64,000 bases of DNA from Candidatus Geohabitans tengchongensis (lineage in GTDB: Bacteria > Sysuimicrobiota > Sysuimicrobiia > Sysuimicrobiales > Humicultoraceae): contig JAVKIH010000011.1 of NCBI GenBank assembly GCA_031459625.1, positions 3,010-67,009 of the forward strand. Reading direction: 5' to 3'. A model generated the notes under the pieces. It made no database searches and had not been told where the DNA came from. It saw only the letters and a program-made list of their open reading frames with translations. This document shows, in pieces, positions 49,149 to 58,572 of this stretch. The translations under genes and the position numbers were made by a program. How positions within the stretch are numbered: position 1 is the stretch's first letter; each line of letters starts with the position of its first letter.

Positions 49149-51096
49149 GCTCCACCCCACCACGACCTGGCGCGCCCTGATCTTCCTGGTCGGGGACCTG
49201 CTCATCTGGAGCCTGTCGGTCTGGGCGGCCTTCCTGATCCGCTTCGACGGGGAGATCCCGCCGAGCTACCTCCGGGACATCCCTTACCTGCTGGCCCTGG
49301 TGGTGCCGGTACGGCTGGGCTGGCACGCGGCCTACCGGCTCTACCACCTGACCTGGCGGACCGTGGGGTTGACCGACCTCCTCAACATCCTGAAGGCCAA
49401 CACCCTGGCCTCCCTCATGATCCTGGGCGCAGCCCTGATGCTGCGCACGGTCGACGCCTACGGCGACCTGCCCCGGTCGGTGCTGATCCTGGACTACGTG
49501 CTCAGCAGCGGGGGCGTGGCCCTCTTCCGCATCAGCCGGCGCGGCTGGGCCCTCCACCGCCACGCGCTGCGCATGCGGGGTCGCGGGGGCACCCGGCTGC
49601 TCATCGTCGGAGCGGGGGCGGCCGGCAACCGGATCCTCCAGACCATCGAGGAGTCCGGCCGGGAGCTCTACCAGGTGGTGGGGTTCGTCGACGACGATCC
49701 CGGGAAGCGGGGCGCCTTCATCCGGGGCGTGCGCGTCCTGGGGGGGACGGACGCGCTGGCCCGCCTGATCCGCGAGCAGGCGGTGGAGGAGGTCCTCATC
49801 GCCATGCCGTCGGTCCCCGCGCCGCGGCTCCGGGAGATCGTGGCCCAGGCCCGGGCCACGGGGATCCAGCGCATCAAGGTGCTGCCCGGCGTCGACGAGT
49901 GGCTGGCGGGGCGCGCCACCCTGAAGGACATCCGCGACGTCAACCTGCACGACCTGCTGCGACGCGCCCCGGTGCGCATCCAGTACGACGCGCTGCGGAC
50001 CTACTTCACGGGCAAGCGCGTCCTGGTCACCGGGGCCGCCGGGTCGATCGGGGCGGAGGTGGTGCGCCAGCTCACCCGCTTCCGGCCGGCTCTGGTGATC
50101 GCCGCCGACATCAACGAGAGCGCGCTCTTTGAGCTCGAGCAGGAGCTGTTGCAGGCCCGACCCGAGGCGCCGGTGCAGGTCATGCTGGCGGACATCCGGG
50201 ACGCCCGGAAGATCGACTGGGCCATGGCCACGGGCCGTCCCGAGGTCGTCGTCCACGCGGCCGCCTACAAGCACGTCCCGATGATGGAGCGCGAAGTGGA
50301 GGAGGCGGTGAAGACCAACGTCTTCGGCACCCTCACGGTGGCCGAGGCCGCTCTGCGCCACGACGTGGAGACGTTCGTCTTCATCTCCAGCGACAAGGCG
50401 GTCCACCCGGGGAACGTCCTGGGAGCGACGAAGCGGGTGGGCGAGCTGATCGTCCAGGCCTTTGGCGCCCGGCAGCGCACCCGTTTCCTGGCCGTGCGCT
50501 TCGGCAACGTGCTGGGCAGCCGGGGTAGCCTGATCCCCCTCATGCTGGAGCAGATCCGGAACGGGGGTCCGGTGACCATCACCCACCCGGACATGACGCG
50601 CTACTTCATGACGATCTCCGAGGCGGTGCTGCTCGTCCTGCAGACGCCGCTGATGACCGCCCCGGGCAGCGTCTTCATGCTCGAGATGGGCAGCCCCATC
50701 CGCATCGTCGACCTGGTGCGGGACCTCATCCGGCTGGCGGGGCTGGAGGACGATCGGGACATCCCCATCGTCTTCAGCGGCATCCGTGCCGGCGAGAAAC
50801 TCCAGGAGCAGCTCGTGGGGACGGACGAGGAGTTCGTCCCCACCGCCTTCGATGGGATCGGCGAGGTGCGGTCGTCTCGGACCGTAGACGAGGTCACCCT
50901 GCGCCTGGCGCTGCGTGAGCTGCAGGCGCGGGTGGAGGCCATGGACGCCGACGGGGTGCGCTCGCTGCTCCGCCGTATCTGCGAGGCCACATCTGTCCCA
51001 GCGACCCTCGAATGGGCGGGAGCTGGCGCCGGTCTGGCACAGGGGTCGTGGACAGGCGGGCAGGACGTCAGCGCGTTGGGGGGGACGCCATCATGA
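49135..51096 (+). CDS. Membrane-bound UDP-GlcNAc 4,6-dehydratase (CapD/PglF/WbpM family)
   Basis: 4 N-terminal TMs, GAGAAG, TGAAGSIG, HAAAYKHVP, SSDKAV, GATK, RFGNVLGSRGS, MTRYFMT. Confidence 0.94.
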   Translation: MPLPRLHPTTTWRALIFLVGDLLIWSLSVWAAFLIRFDGEIPPSYLRDIPYLLALVVPVRLGWHAAYRLYHLTWRTVGLTDLLNILKANTLASLMILGAALMLRTVDAYGDLPRSVLILDYVLSSGGVALFRISRRGWALHRHALRMRGRGGTRLLIVGAGAAGNRILQTIEESGRELYQVVGFVDDDPGKRGAFIRGVRVLGGTDALARLIREQAVEEVLIAMPSVPAPRLREIVAQARATGIQRIKVLPGVDEWLAGRATLKDIRDVNLHDLLRRAPVRIQYDALRTYFTGKRVLVTGAAGSIGAEVVRQLTRFRPALVIAADINESALFELEQELLQARPEAPVQVMLADIRDARKIDWAMATGRPEVVVHAAAYKHVPMMEREVEEAVKTNVFGTLTVAEAALRHDVETFVFISSDKAVHPGNVLGATKRVGELIVQAFGARQRTRFLAVRFGNVLGSRGSLIPLMLEQIRNGGPVTITHPDMTRYFMTISEAVLLVLQTPLMTAPGSVFMLEMGSPIRIVDLVRDLIRLAGLEDDRDIPIVFSGIRAGEKLQEQLVGTDEEFVPTAFDGIGEVRSSRTVDEVTLRLALRELQARVEAMDADGVRSLLRRICEATSVPATLEWAGAGAGLAQGSWTGGQDVSALGGTPS

Positions 51097-51629
51097 CGCT
51101 CGTACACCGAGGCCATCACCCGGACATCCGGGGGCTGCACCGGGGGCTGCGGGAGCTGGAGACCCGGTTCCTGGACCTGCAGGAAGTGATGGGCGCGACC
51201 GGCCTGACGGACGAGAACGCCCTGGAGGCGGTGGACATCATCGTCCGCATCCAGCAGGTCCACCGGGCCGTAGAGGAGGAGCGGGGCCGACGCGACCTGG
51301 CCTTTGCCACCGAGCGGCGCCTGCTGCACCTCAGCGCGTGGGGCCGGTGGCTGCTCCGCAAGGTGGTGGACGAGTACGTTCTCCACGCCCGCGTGGCGTT
51401 GGAGCAGCGGATCCGCAGCGCCCTGCCGGAGCATGCCGCGGAGTACTACCGGCGGGTGGCCGACCTGGTCGACCTGGCCAAGGAGATCGCCGGCATGCCG
51501 GACGAGGTGCTCTCGGAACAACTCTGGCAGGGCGACCTGGCGCAGATGGTCGTCGAGCAGATCCACGTGCTCCCCCGCGACATCAGCCCGCGGGGGGAGG
51601 CCATCTCGACAGAGGCGGTGAGGAGCTGA
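51093..51629 (+). CDS. Hypothetical alpha-helical protein
   Basis: ATG overlaps the upstream stop (ATGA); ends 1 nt before the next gene; no family recognised. Confidence 0.75.
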   Translation: MTLVHRGHHPDIRGLHRGLRELETRFLDLQEVMGATGLTDENALEAVDIIVRIQQVHRAVEEERGRRDLAFATERRLLHLSAWGRWLLRKVVDEYVLHARVALEQRIRSALPEHAAEYYRRVADLVDLAKEIAGMPDEVLSEQLWQGDLAQMVVEQIHVLPRDISPRGEAISTEAVRS

Positions 51630-51630
51630 C

Positions 51631-53289
51631 GTGACCATTGCAGACCTCATGAGCACCCCGCGGCTGCTGCGCAGCCTGGGCGAGTTCTTCGCCACTCCCC
51701 TGACCCCGGCGCGGGCGGCGGCTCTCGTCCGTCAGCGCCTGGAGCAGCGCGAGGAGCGCTTCCTGGCCCACGTGGACCGGGTCATCTTCGGTGTGCCCCA
51801 CAGTCCGTACCGCGCGCTGCTGCAGTCTGTCGGGTGCGACCGGCCGGCCCTGGCACAGGCCGTCCGCGCCCACGGTCTCGAGGGAGCGCTGGCCCAGCTG
51901 CGTGACGCCGGCGTCTACCTCTCCTACGAGGAGTTCAACGGGCGTCGCGAGGTCGTGCGCGGCGGGCGGACCTTCCGGTTCACCCGGGCCGATTTCGACA
52001 ACCCCCTCCGCGACGTGGATCTGGAGGTCCGCAGCGGGGGGACCCGCAGCCGCGGCACGCCGGTGGTGGTCGCCCTCAGGACCATCGCCGAGAACCGGGC
52101 CGTGGCCTTCCAGCTGATGTTCCAGGCCGCCGGGGTGGACGCCCCGCCTGTGGTCTGGCTGCCGGGCTTCCCCTCCGGATCGGGGGTCTTCTTCTGGCTC
52201 GCCCTGGCCCACATCGGCCGACCGGCGGTCCGATGGTTCACCGTCACCGATCCGCGCGGCCCCTCCGTCGCGCCGCGCCACCGCTGGCTGATCACGCTGG
52301 CCCGCCTGGTGGCCCGCCGGCGGGGGTGGCAACTGCCCGTCCCGGAGCACGCGCCCCTGTCGGCCCCGGAGCCTGTCCTGGAGGCGGTCCTCCGTACGCG
52401 CGACCGTTTCGGCCGATGCGCCGTGATCTCCACGCCCAGCGGAGCGGTGCGGGTGGCCACGCTGGCGCGGCGCCGCGGGGAGCGGCTGGAGGGGGTGGAC
52501 TTCTTCGTGGGGTCCGAGCCGCTCACAGAGGGCAAGGCGGAGGAGATTCGCCGCAGCGGCGCCCGGGTCTGGCCGCGCTATGTCTTCACCGAGGGGGGCG
52601 CGGTAGGAGTCGGGTGTGGCCGTCCTGGGAGCGTCGACGACATGCACCTGATGGCCGACAGCTTTGCGCTCATCCTCAACCGCCGGCCCATGCCGGGGAT
52701 CGGGGAACGCGATGCGTACATGTTCACCTCGCTGCTGCAGTTTGCGCCCAAGGTCATGCTGAACGTCGAGAGCGACGACTTCGGCACGGTAACGTCGCGC
52801 CGCTGCGGGTGTCCGCTGGACAGCCTCGGGCTCGACCGGCACCTGGCCCAGGTGCGCTCCTTCACCAAGCTCACCGGCGAGGGGGCGACGGTGCTGGGGA
52901 CGGAAGCCGTGCGCATCGTCGAGGAGGTCCTCCCGCGGACATTCGGGGGGAGCAGTCTGGACTACCAGCTCCTCGAGACGGAGGATGAAGACCACCTCAC
53001 CCGCCTCTTCCTGGTGGTCAGCCCGGAAGTCGGGGCGCTGGACGAAGAGGCGGTGCGACGCACCTTCATCGACGAGTTGTGGCGCGCCGGCGTCGGGCTC
53101 TCCGAGGTCTGGTTCCCCGGCCAGGGGGAGACGGTCCGCGTTCTGCGGCGGGAGCCCGTCCAGACGCCGGGGGGGAAACTGCTGCCGTTCTACTCGACCA
53201 TCCGTCGCGACGGGGACGCCTCTGCAGCCAGCGTCTCCGCCCCCGCTGCGGGCAGCCGGTCGGCGGTGGGAAGAGGGGTGACCCGATGA
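51631..53289 (+). CDS. Divergent adenylate-forming protein, PaaK/CapK/GH3-like
   Basis: SPYRALL, RSGGTRSRG (P-loop-like), GSEPLT, YVFTEGG, LNVESDD, CGCPL, TPGGKL. Confidence 0.6.
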   Translation: MTIADLMSTPRLLRSLGEFFATPLTPARAAALVRQRLEQREERFLAHVDRVIFGVPHSPYRALLQSVGCDRPALAQAVRAHGLEGALAQLRDAGVYLSYEEFNGRREVVRGGRTFRFTRADFDNPLRDVDLEVRSGGTRSRGTPVVVALRTIAENRAVAFQLMFQAAGVDAPPVVWLPGFPSGSGVFFWLALAHIGRPAVRWFTVTDPRGPSVAPRHRWLITLARLVARRRGWQLPVPEHAPLSAPEPVLEAVLRTRDRFGRCAVISTPSGAVRVATLARRRGERLEGVDFFVGSEPLTEGKAEEIRRSGARVWPRYVFTEGGAVGVGCGRPGSVDDMHLMADSFALILNRRPMPGIGERDAYMFTSLLQFAPKVMLNVESDDFGTVTSRRCGCPLDSLGLDRHLAQVRSFTKLTGEGATVLGTEAVRIVEEVLPRTFGGSSLDYQLLETEDEDHLTRLFLVVSPEVGALDEEAVRRTFIDELWRAGVGLSEVWFPGQGETVRVLRREPVQTPGGKLLPFYSTIRRDGDASAASVSAPAAGSRSAVGRGVTR

Positions 53290-53729
53290 CCGGTCTGAGC
53301 CTGGCTCAGGCCTTGGCTGCCGTGGAGGCCGCGCGGGCGGAAGCGGTGCGGCTCGGGGTGGCCCTGGGGATCGCCGTGGTCGACGCGGCGGGCCATCCCG
53401 TCGTCGTCGTCCGCATGGACGGGGCCATCTTCCTGGCCCCCGAGCTGGCCCTGAAGAAGGCCTTCACCGCGGCCGCCTTCCGCCGCCCCACCAGCGCCAT
53501 CGCGCCGCGCCTGACCACCAGTGACTTCTGGATGCAGGCCCCCGCCGTGGCGCAGGGGCGCATCCTGGCCAGCGGCGGGGGTGTGCCGCTCCTCGTCGAC
53601 GGGACCCTCGTCGGGGCGGTGGGGACGAGCGGGGGCACCAGTGAGCAGGACGACCTCTGCGCGCAGGCGGCCGCCGCCGCGGTGGCCGGGGGGGACGGGC
53701 GAGCGGCGGCCGGGGGGGACGGGCGATGA
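53286..53729 (+). CDS. GlcG/HbpS-family heme-binding protein
   Basis: IAVVDAAG, RMDGA, KAFTA, GGVPL, GAVGTSGGTSEQD. Confidence 0.9.
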   Translation: MTGLSLAQALAAVEAARAEAVRLGVALGIAVVDAAGHPVVVVRMDGAIFLAPELALKKAFTAAAFRRPTSAIAPRLTTSDFWMQAPAVAQGRILASGGGVPLLVDGTLVGAVGTSGGTSEQDDLCAQAAAAAVAGGDGRAAAGGDGR

Positions 53730-54955
53730 GCACCGACCGACCGGAGCGCCCACCGGCGGCGGGGCCGCTCGCCGGGGTGCGCGTCGTGGAGCTCGGCCAC
53801 ATGATCGCCGGGCCCTTCGCCACCCTGCTGCTGAGCTACTTCGGCGCCGAGGTCATCAAGGTGGAGTCCCGGCACCGCATGGACGGCTTTCGGCGGCGCG
53901 AGGCGGCGACGAACTACCTGACCCGGGCCTTCGGCGACTTCAACCGCAACAAGCGCTCCCTCACCCTGAACCTGCAGCAGCCGCGGGGGCGCGAGCTGCT
54001 GGGGCGGCTGTTGGCCCGCAGCGACGCGCTCCTGGAGAACTTCAGCGCCCGCGTCCTGCCCCAGTGGGGGCTCGACTGGCCGACGCTGCACCGCCGCTAC
54101 CCGCGGCTCGTCGTCGTGCGCATGCAGGGGCTCGGAGCCACGGGCCCGCACCGCGACTTCGTCACCTTCGGCCCGTCCATCCTGGCGCTCACCGGCTTCA
54201 CCTACCTGTGGAACGCGCCGGGCGCCGACGAGGTGGTCGGCTCCCAGACCGCCCACGCCGACTACATCGCCGGCGTCCACGCTGCGGTGGCGGTCATGGC
54301 GGGCCTGCACCACCGCGCCCGCACCGGCGAGGGCCTCTACGTCGACGTCTCCCAGGCCGAGGCCACGGCCGCCCTGCTCGGCCCGGCGTACCTGGAATGG
54401 CTGCTGCTGGGCCGCGAGGCCCGACCGGTAGGCAACACCCGCCGGGAGTACGCCCCGGGCGGGTGCTACCGCTGCGCCGGCGAGGACGAGTGGTGCGTCA
54501 TCACCGTCCGCACCGAGGCGGAGTGGGAGGCGCTGGTGCGGGCCACCGGGTGCACCGAATGGGCGCTCGATCCGCGCTTCCGCGACCGCACCCAGCGCAC
54601 GCTCCACCGCCAGGCCCTCGACGCCGCGCTGGAGACCTGGACGCGCCGGCGCCCGGCCGCCGAGGTCGTCCGGTTGCTGCGGGCCGCGGGCGTGCCGGCA
54701 GGGCAGGTCAAGAAGGGCAGCGACCTGCTGGCCGACCCGCACCTGCGGGCGCGCGGCTTCATCCACCACGTCGACCACCCCGCCTTCCGGCCGATCAGCT
54801 ACCCGGGGGCTCCCGTGCGCCTGGTCGGCCACGAAGCCGCGACGCGCCGTCCGGCACCGACGCTGGGCCAGGACACCGAGGCGGTGCTGCGCGAGGTCCT
54901 GGAGTTGAACGCCGAGGAGATCGAGCGCTACCGGGCCGAGGAGGTGCTGGTGTGA
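53726..54955 (+). CDS. Class III CoA-transferase (CaiB/BaiF)
   Basis: PLAGVRVVEL, AGP, GAEVIKVE, NRNKRS, ENF, ADYIAG, APTLGQDT. Confidence 0.93.
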   Translation: MSTDRPERPPAAGPLAGVRVVELGHMIAGPFATLLLSYFGAEVIKVESRHRMDGFRRREAATNYLTRAFGDFNRNKRSLTLNLQQPRGRELLGRLLARSDALLENFSARVLPQWGLDWPTLHRRYPRLVVVRMQGLGATGPHRDFVTFGPSILALTGFTYLWNAPGADEVVGSQTAHADYIAGVHAAVAVMAGLHHRARTGEGLYVDVSQAEATAALLGPAYLEWLLLGREARPVGNTRREYAPGGCYRCAGEDEWCVITVRTEAEWEALVRATGCTEWALDPRFRDRTQRTLHRQALDAALETWTRRRPAAEVVRLLRAAGVPAGQVKKGSDLLADPHLRARGFIHHVDHPAFRPISYPGAPVRLVGHEAATRRPAPTLGQDTEAVLREVLELNAEEIERYRAEEVLV

Positions 54956-54983
54956 GCGTGCGGGGCGTCGGGGAGGGACCGGG

Positions 54984-56198
54984 ATGAGTGTGCGGCGGCC
55001 GGAGACCGCGGCCCTCCCCGAGGCGGTCCCACGCCTGCCGCTACCGCAGCCGCTCCGCGGGGTGCGGGTGCTGGAGGTGGCGGACCGGCGCGTGGCCTAT
55101 GCCGGACGCCTGCTGGCCGGGCTGGGAGCCGAGGTGATCCTCATCGAACCGCCGGAGCGGCGCCGCGACGCGCCCACGCCCGCGGACCTCTACTTCCGGA
55201 CCGGGAAGAAGGCGGTCACGCTGGACCTCGCCGTCGCCGCCGGGCGCCACACCCTGTTCCGCCTGGCCGCGTATGCCGACGTCCTGCTGGTGGCCGGCCC
55301 GCCGGGGGAGCGGCGGCGGCTGGGGCTGACCTTCGAGGACCTCCACCCGGCGTTTCCCCGCCTGGTGGTGGGGAGCATCGCCGACTTCGGCCTGAGCGGC
55401 CCGGACGCCGACCGCCCGGCCAACGAGCTCGTGGCCTTCGCCGAGAGCGGGCTGATGTACATCAGTGGCAGGCCGGGCGAGCCGCCGGTGGCCGCCCCGC
55501 CCCACCACGCCGCCGACCTGGCCGGCGCCTACCTGGCCTTCGGAGTGCTGGTGGCCCTGTGGGAGCGCGCGCACACGCGGCGCGGCCGGGAGGTGGAGGT
55601 GTCCGTCCAGGAGGCCCTGGCCGTCGAGGAGCACACCATCTCCACTGCCTCGGACGAGGGGCGCGACCTGGTGCGCGTGGGCAGCCAGCACATGGTGGCG
55701 GTCCCGGGGTCGGTCTTCCGGGTGAAGGACGGCTACGTCCACGCCTACGTGGCCGACACCATGCCGGGGTCGTGGGAGCGGCTGCTGGAGTGGATGGGCC
55801 ACCCGCCGGAGCTGGCCGACGAGCGCTACCGCCAGGGCCTCTACCGCCGCGCCCACGTCGAGGAGATCACTCCGGTGGTGGCCCGCTTCTTCGCCCGCTT
55901 CACCCGCCAGGAGCTTTACCTGGAAGGGCAGCGCCGGCGGTTGTGCATCACCCCGGTGAACACGCCGCGCGAGTACCTGGAGGACGTCCAGACCCGCGCG
56001 CGCGGGTTCGTCGTGCAGGCGCACGTACCGGGGCACGGATGGGTCGGCGTGCCGGGCGGCCCCTTCCTGCTGAACGGGCACCGCGTGCCCTTGCCCCCGG
56101 TGCCGCGCGTGGGCGAGCACAACCGTGAGGTCTACCTGGGCCTGGTGGGCTACGGCGAAGAGGAGCTGGCGGTCCTGACCCAGGGCGGCGTCATCTGA
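54984..56198 (+). CDS. Class III CoA-transferase, divergent second subunit (BbsE-like)
   Basis: LRGVRVLEVA, GAEVILIEPP, GKKAVTLDL, FGLSGP, PRVGEHN. Confidence 0.9.
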   Translation: MSVRRPETAALPEAVPRLPLPQPLRGVRVLEVADRRVAYAGRLLAGLGAEVILIEPPERRRDAPTPADLYFRTGKKAVTLDLAVAAGRHTLFRLAAYADVLLVAGPPGERRRLGLTFEDLHPAFPRLVVGSIADFGLSGPDADRPANELVAFAESGLMYISGRPGEPPVAAPPHHAADLAGAYLAFGVLVALWERAHTRRGREVEVSVQEALAVEEHTISTASDEGRDLVRVGSQHMVAVPGSVFRVKDGYVHAYVADTMPGSWERLLEWMGHPPELADERYRQGLYRRAHVEEITPVVARFFARFTRQELYLEGQRRRLCITPVNTPREYLEDVQTRARGFVVQAHVPGHGWVGVPGGPFLLNGHRVPLPPVPRVGEHNREVYLGLVGYGEEELAVLTQGGVI

Positions 56199-56256
56199 CC
56201 CGATCCAGCGCGGCGTCCGACCCGACCCAGCGCGGCGTCCGACCCGACCCAGCGCG
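56197..56256. repeat. 22-bp tandem repeat, about 2.7 copies
   Basis: GACCCGATCCAGCGCGGCGTCC (56197), GACCCGACCCAGCGCGGCGTCC (56219), GACCCGACCCAGCGCG (56241). Confidence 0.88.
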
Positions 56257-56303
56257 CGCACGACCGCGACGCTGCGCGACACGAACACGCAGGAGGCACA
56301 GCC

Positions 56304-57473
56304 GTGGAGTTCACCGTCCCCGAGGAGTACCAGGCGCTGCGGCGGCGTGTCCGCGCCTTCGTGGAGCGGGAGCTGCTGCCCCTCGAGCGCACCCTGCCGG
56401 AGGCGCCCGACCTCCCCGACGACCTGCGCCGCCAGCTGCAGGAGAAGGCCAAGGCAGAAGGGCTGTGGGCGCTCGACGTGCGCCGGGAGTTCGGCGGGCA
56501 GGGACTCCCCAACCTCGGCATGGTGATGGTGTGGGAGGAACTCGGCCGCTCCACCGTGCCGCCGCTGCGGGCCCCGTCGGTGCTCACGCCCCGCATCGGC
56601 GCGCTCTACCACTGCACCCCCGAGCAGCGCGAGCGCTTCCTCGACCCCATCGTGCGGGGGGAGAAGCGCACCGCCTTCGCGCTCACCGAACCCTGGGGCG
56701 GCTCGGACGCCGCCGGCAACATGCGCACCCGTGCCGTGCGCGACGGGGATCACTGGGTGCTCACCGGCCGCAAGGTCTTCGTCGGTGGAGCGGACAAGGC
56801 CGACGTCGTCCAGGTCTTCGCCCTCACCGACCCGGAGAAGCGGGCGCGCGGCGGGATCACCTGCTTCCTGGTCGAGCGCGGCACCCCGGGCTTCCGCCTG
56901 GGGCGGCAGTTCCAGCTGATGGTGGCGGACAGCCCCTGGGAGCTGATCTTCGAGGAGTGCCGCGTGCCGCACGCCAACGTGCTGGGGCCGGTGGGCGAAG
57001 GCTTCCGCCTGGCGCAGCAGCACCTGACCCGTGACCGCATCTTCCACGGGGCGAAGGCGGTGGGGATGGCGGAGCGGGCCCTGGAGCTGGCCATCGACTA
57101 CGCCCGCGACCGCGTCACCTTCGGGGCGCCCATTGCGGAGCGGCAGGCCGTCCAGTGGATGTTCGCCGAGTCGGCGATGGAGATCCACGCCACACGCCTC
57201 ATGACCTACCACGCCGCCTGGAAGCTCGACCAGGGCCTGGACGTCCGCCAGGAGGCCTCCATCGTCAAGGCCTTCGGGACGGAGATGCTGGGCCGCGTCA
57301 CCGACCGGGCCCTGCAGGTCTTCGGGGCCATCGGGCTCTCCAAGGACCTGCCCATCGAGCGCATGTTCCGTGACGCCCGCAGCCGGCGCATTGGGGAGGG
57401 CACCTCGGAGATCCAGCGCATGGTCATCGCCCGGACGCTCTTGCGCGATCCGCGCCGGGTGCGGCTGGTGTGA
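56304..57473 (+). CDS. Acyl-CoA dehydrogenase
   Basis: FALTEPWGGSDA, GRKVF, RVTFGAPI, QVFGAIG, RIGEGTSEIQR. Confidence 0.95.
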   Translation: MEFTVPEEYQALRRRVRAFVERELLPLERTLPEAPDLPDDLRRQLQEKAKAEGLWALDVRREFGGQGLPNLGMVMVWEELGRSTVPPLRAPSVLTPRIGALYHCTPEQRERFLDPIVRGEKRTAFALTEPWGGSDAAGNMRTRAVRDGDHWVLTGRKVFVGGADKADVVQVFALTDPEKRARGGITCFLVERGTPGFRLGRQFQLMVADSPWELIFEECRVPHANVLGPVGEGFRLAQQHLTRDRIFHGAKAVGMAERALELAIDYARDRVTFGAPIAERQAVQWMFAESAMEIHATRLMTYHAAWKLDQGLDVRQEASIVKAFGTEMLGRVTDRALQVFGAIGLSKDLPIERMFRDARSRRIGEGTSEIQRMVIARTLLRDPRRVRLV

Positions 57474-57531
57474 CCGGAAAGCCCCATCCCCCCTGCGGGA
57501 TGCACCCGACACCGTGAGGAGCGTGAGTCCC

Positions 57532-58518
57532 ATGACCCTGATCCGCCTGACCCTCCTGGCCGCCGTGCTGGTCCTCCTGGCTGGCCTCCTCGGAGGCTCC
57601 GCTCTCGCGAAGCAGTCGCGGCTGCCCGTGGGCTTCTCGGGCGTGCGGCAGCTCACCTACGCCGCCACCCTCATCGCCCTGGAGCGGATGCGCGACCGGG
57701 GCTACGAGGCCCCGCCCGTCTTCTTCCCCCGCCCCGAGCTGGCGCTGCAGGCCTTGCTGCGCGGCGAGGTGGACCTGGTGCGGGCCGAGCCCACCACCCC
57801 GGCCAACGCGGTCGCCCGCGGGGCGCGGGTGGCCATGGTGGCCGCTCCCGGGCTGAACCAGTGGGTGCTGGTGACGCCCCGGACCATCACCGCCCCCCGC
57901 CAGCTCGACCGCAAGCGCATCGCCGTGCACAGCCTTTCGTCCATGTCCAACACCGTGGTGCAGTTTGCCGTCCGCCGGCACCGCATCGCCGCCCCCCAGA
58001 TCCTGGTCATCCCGGGCTCCCCGGCGCGGGCGCAGGCCCTGCTGCGGGGCGAGGTGGACGCCACGAGCCTCTTCCTCACCGACGCCATCCGCCTCGACCT
58101 GACCGCCCCGGGCCGCTTCCACGTCCTGCTCGACTTCAAGGACCTGCCGGTGCTGGACTCGGTGCTGGTGGCCCGCCGCGAGTGGCTGGCCGCCCGGCCG
58201 CAGGAGATCCGGGACGTCCTGCGGGTGCTGCTGGACACCCACCGGCGCATCGCCGCCGGGCCGGAGTGGGCGGTGGTGCGGACGCTGCAGCTCTTCCCCG
58301 ACGAGGACCGCGCGTTTGCCGAGGCGACCGTGCGCGCCTTCGTCGCCCGCGGCATCTGGGACGTGAACGGGGGGATCCCTGGATACGACGTCGTGCGGGA
58401 GATGATCGCCTTCCTGAAGAGCATCGAGGCGCTGCCGCCGGGTGCCCCTGACGACCCCGAGGCGTACGCCGACCTGAGCCCGCTCCAGGATGTCCTCCGC
58501 GTCTTGGGGCGTCGGTGA
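57532..58518 (+). CDS. ABC substrate-binding protein, NMT1/SsuA/TauA-like
   Basis: Signal peptide; LQALLRGEVD twice, KRIAV; followed by TauBC-like genes. Confidence 0.85.
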   Translation: MTLIRLTLLAAVLVLLAGLLGGSALAKQSRLPVGFSGVRQLTYAATLIALERMRDRGYEAPPVFFPRPELALQALLRGEVDLVRAEPTTPANAVARGARVAMVAAPGLNQWVLVTPRTITAPRQLDRKRIAVHSLSSMSNTVVQFAVRRHRIAAPQILVIPGSPARAQALLRGEVDATSLFLTDAIRLDLTAPGRFHVLLDFKDLPVLDSVLVARREWLAARPQEIRDVLRVLLDTHRRIAAGPEWAVVRTLQLFPDEDRAFAEATVRAFVARGIWDVNGGIPGYDVVREMIAFLKSIEALPPGAPDDPEAYADLSPLQDVLRVLGRR

Positions 58519-58572
58519 GGACGTCGGGCGAGACTGAGCGGCCGTCGTGCGAGTGGAGTGCACGCTGAGGAC

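Noticed and set aside
56197..56256. Possible CRISPR array
   Set aside because: Direct tandem copies without spacers.
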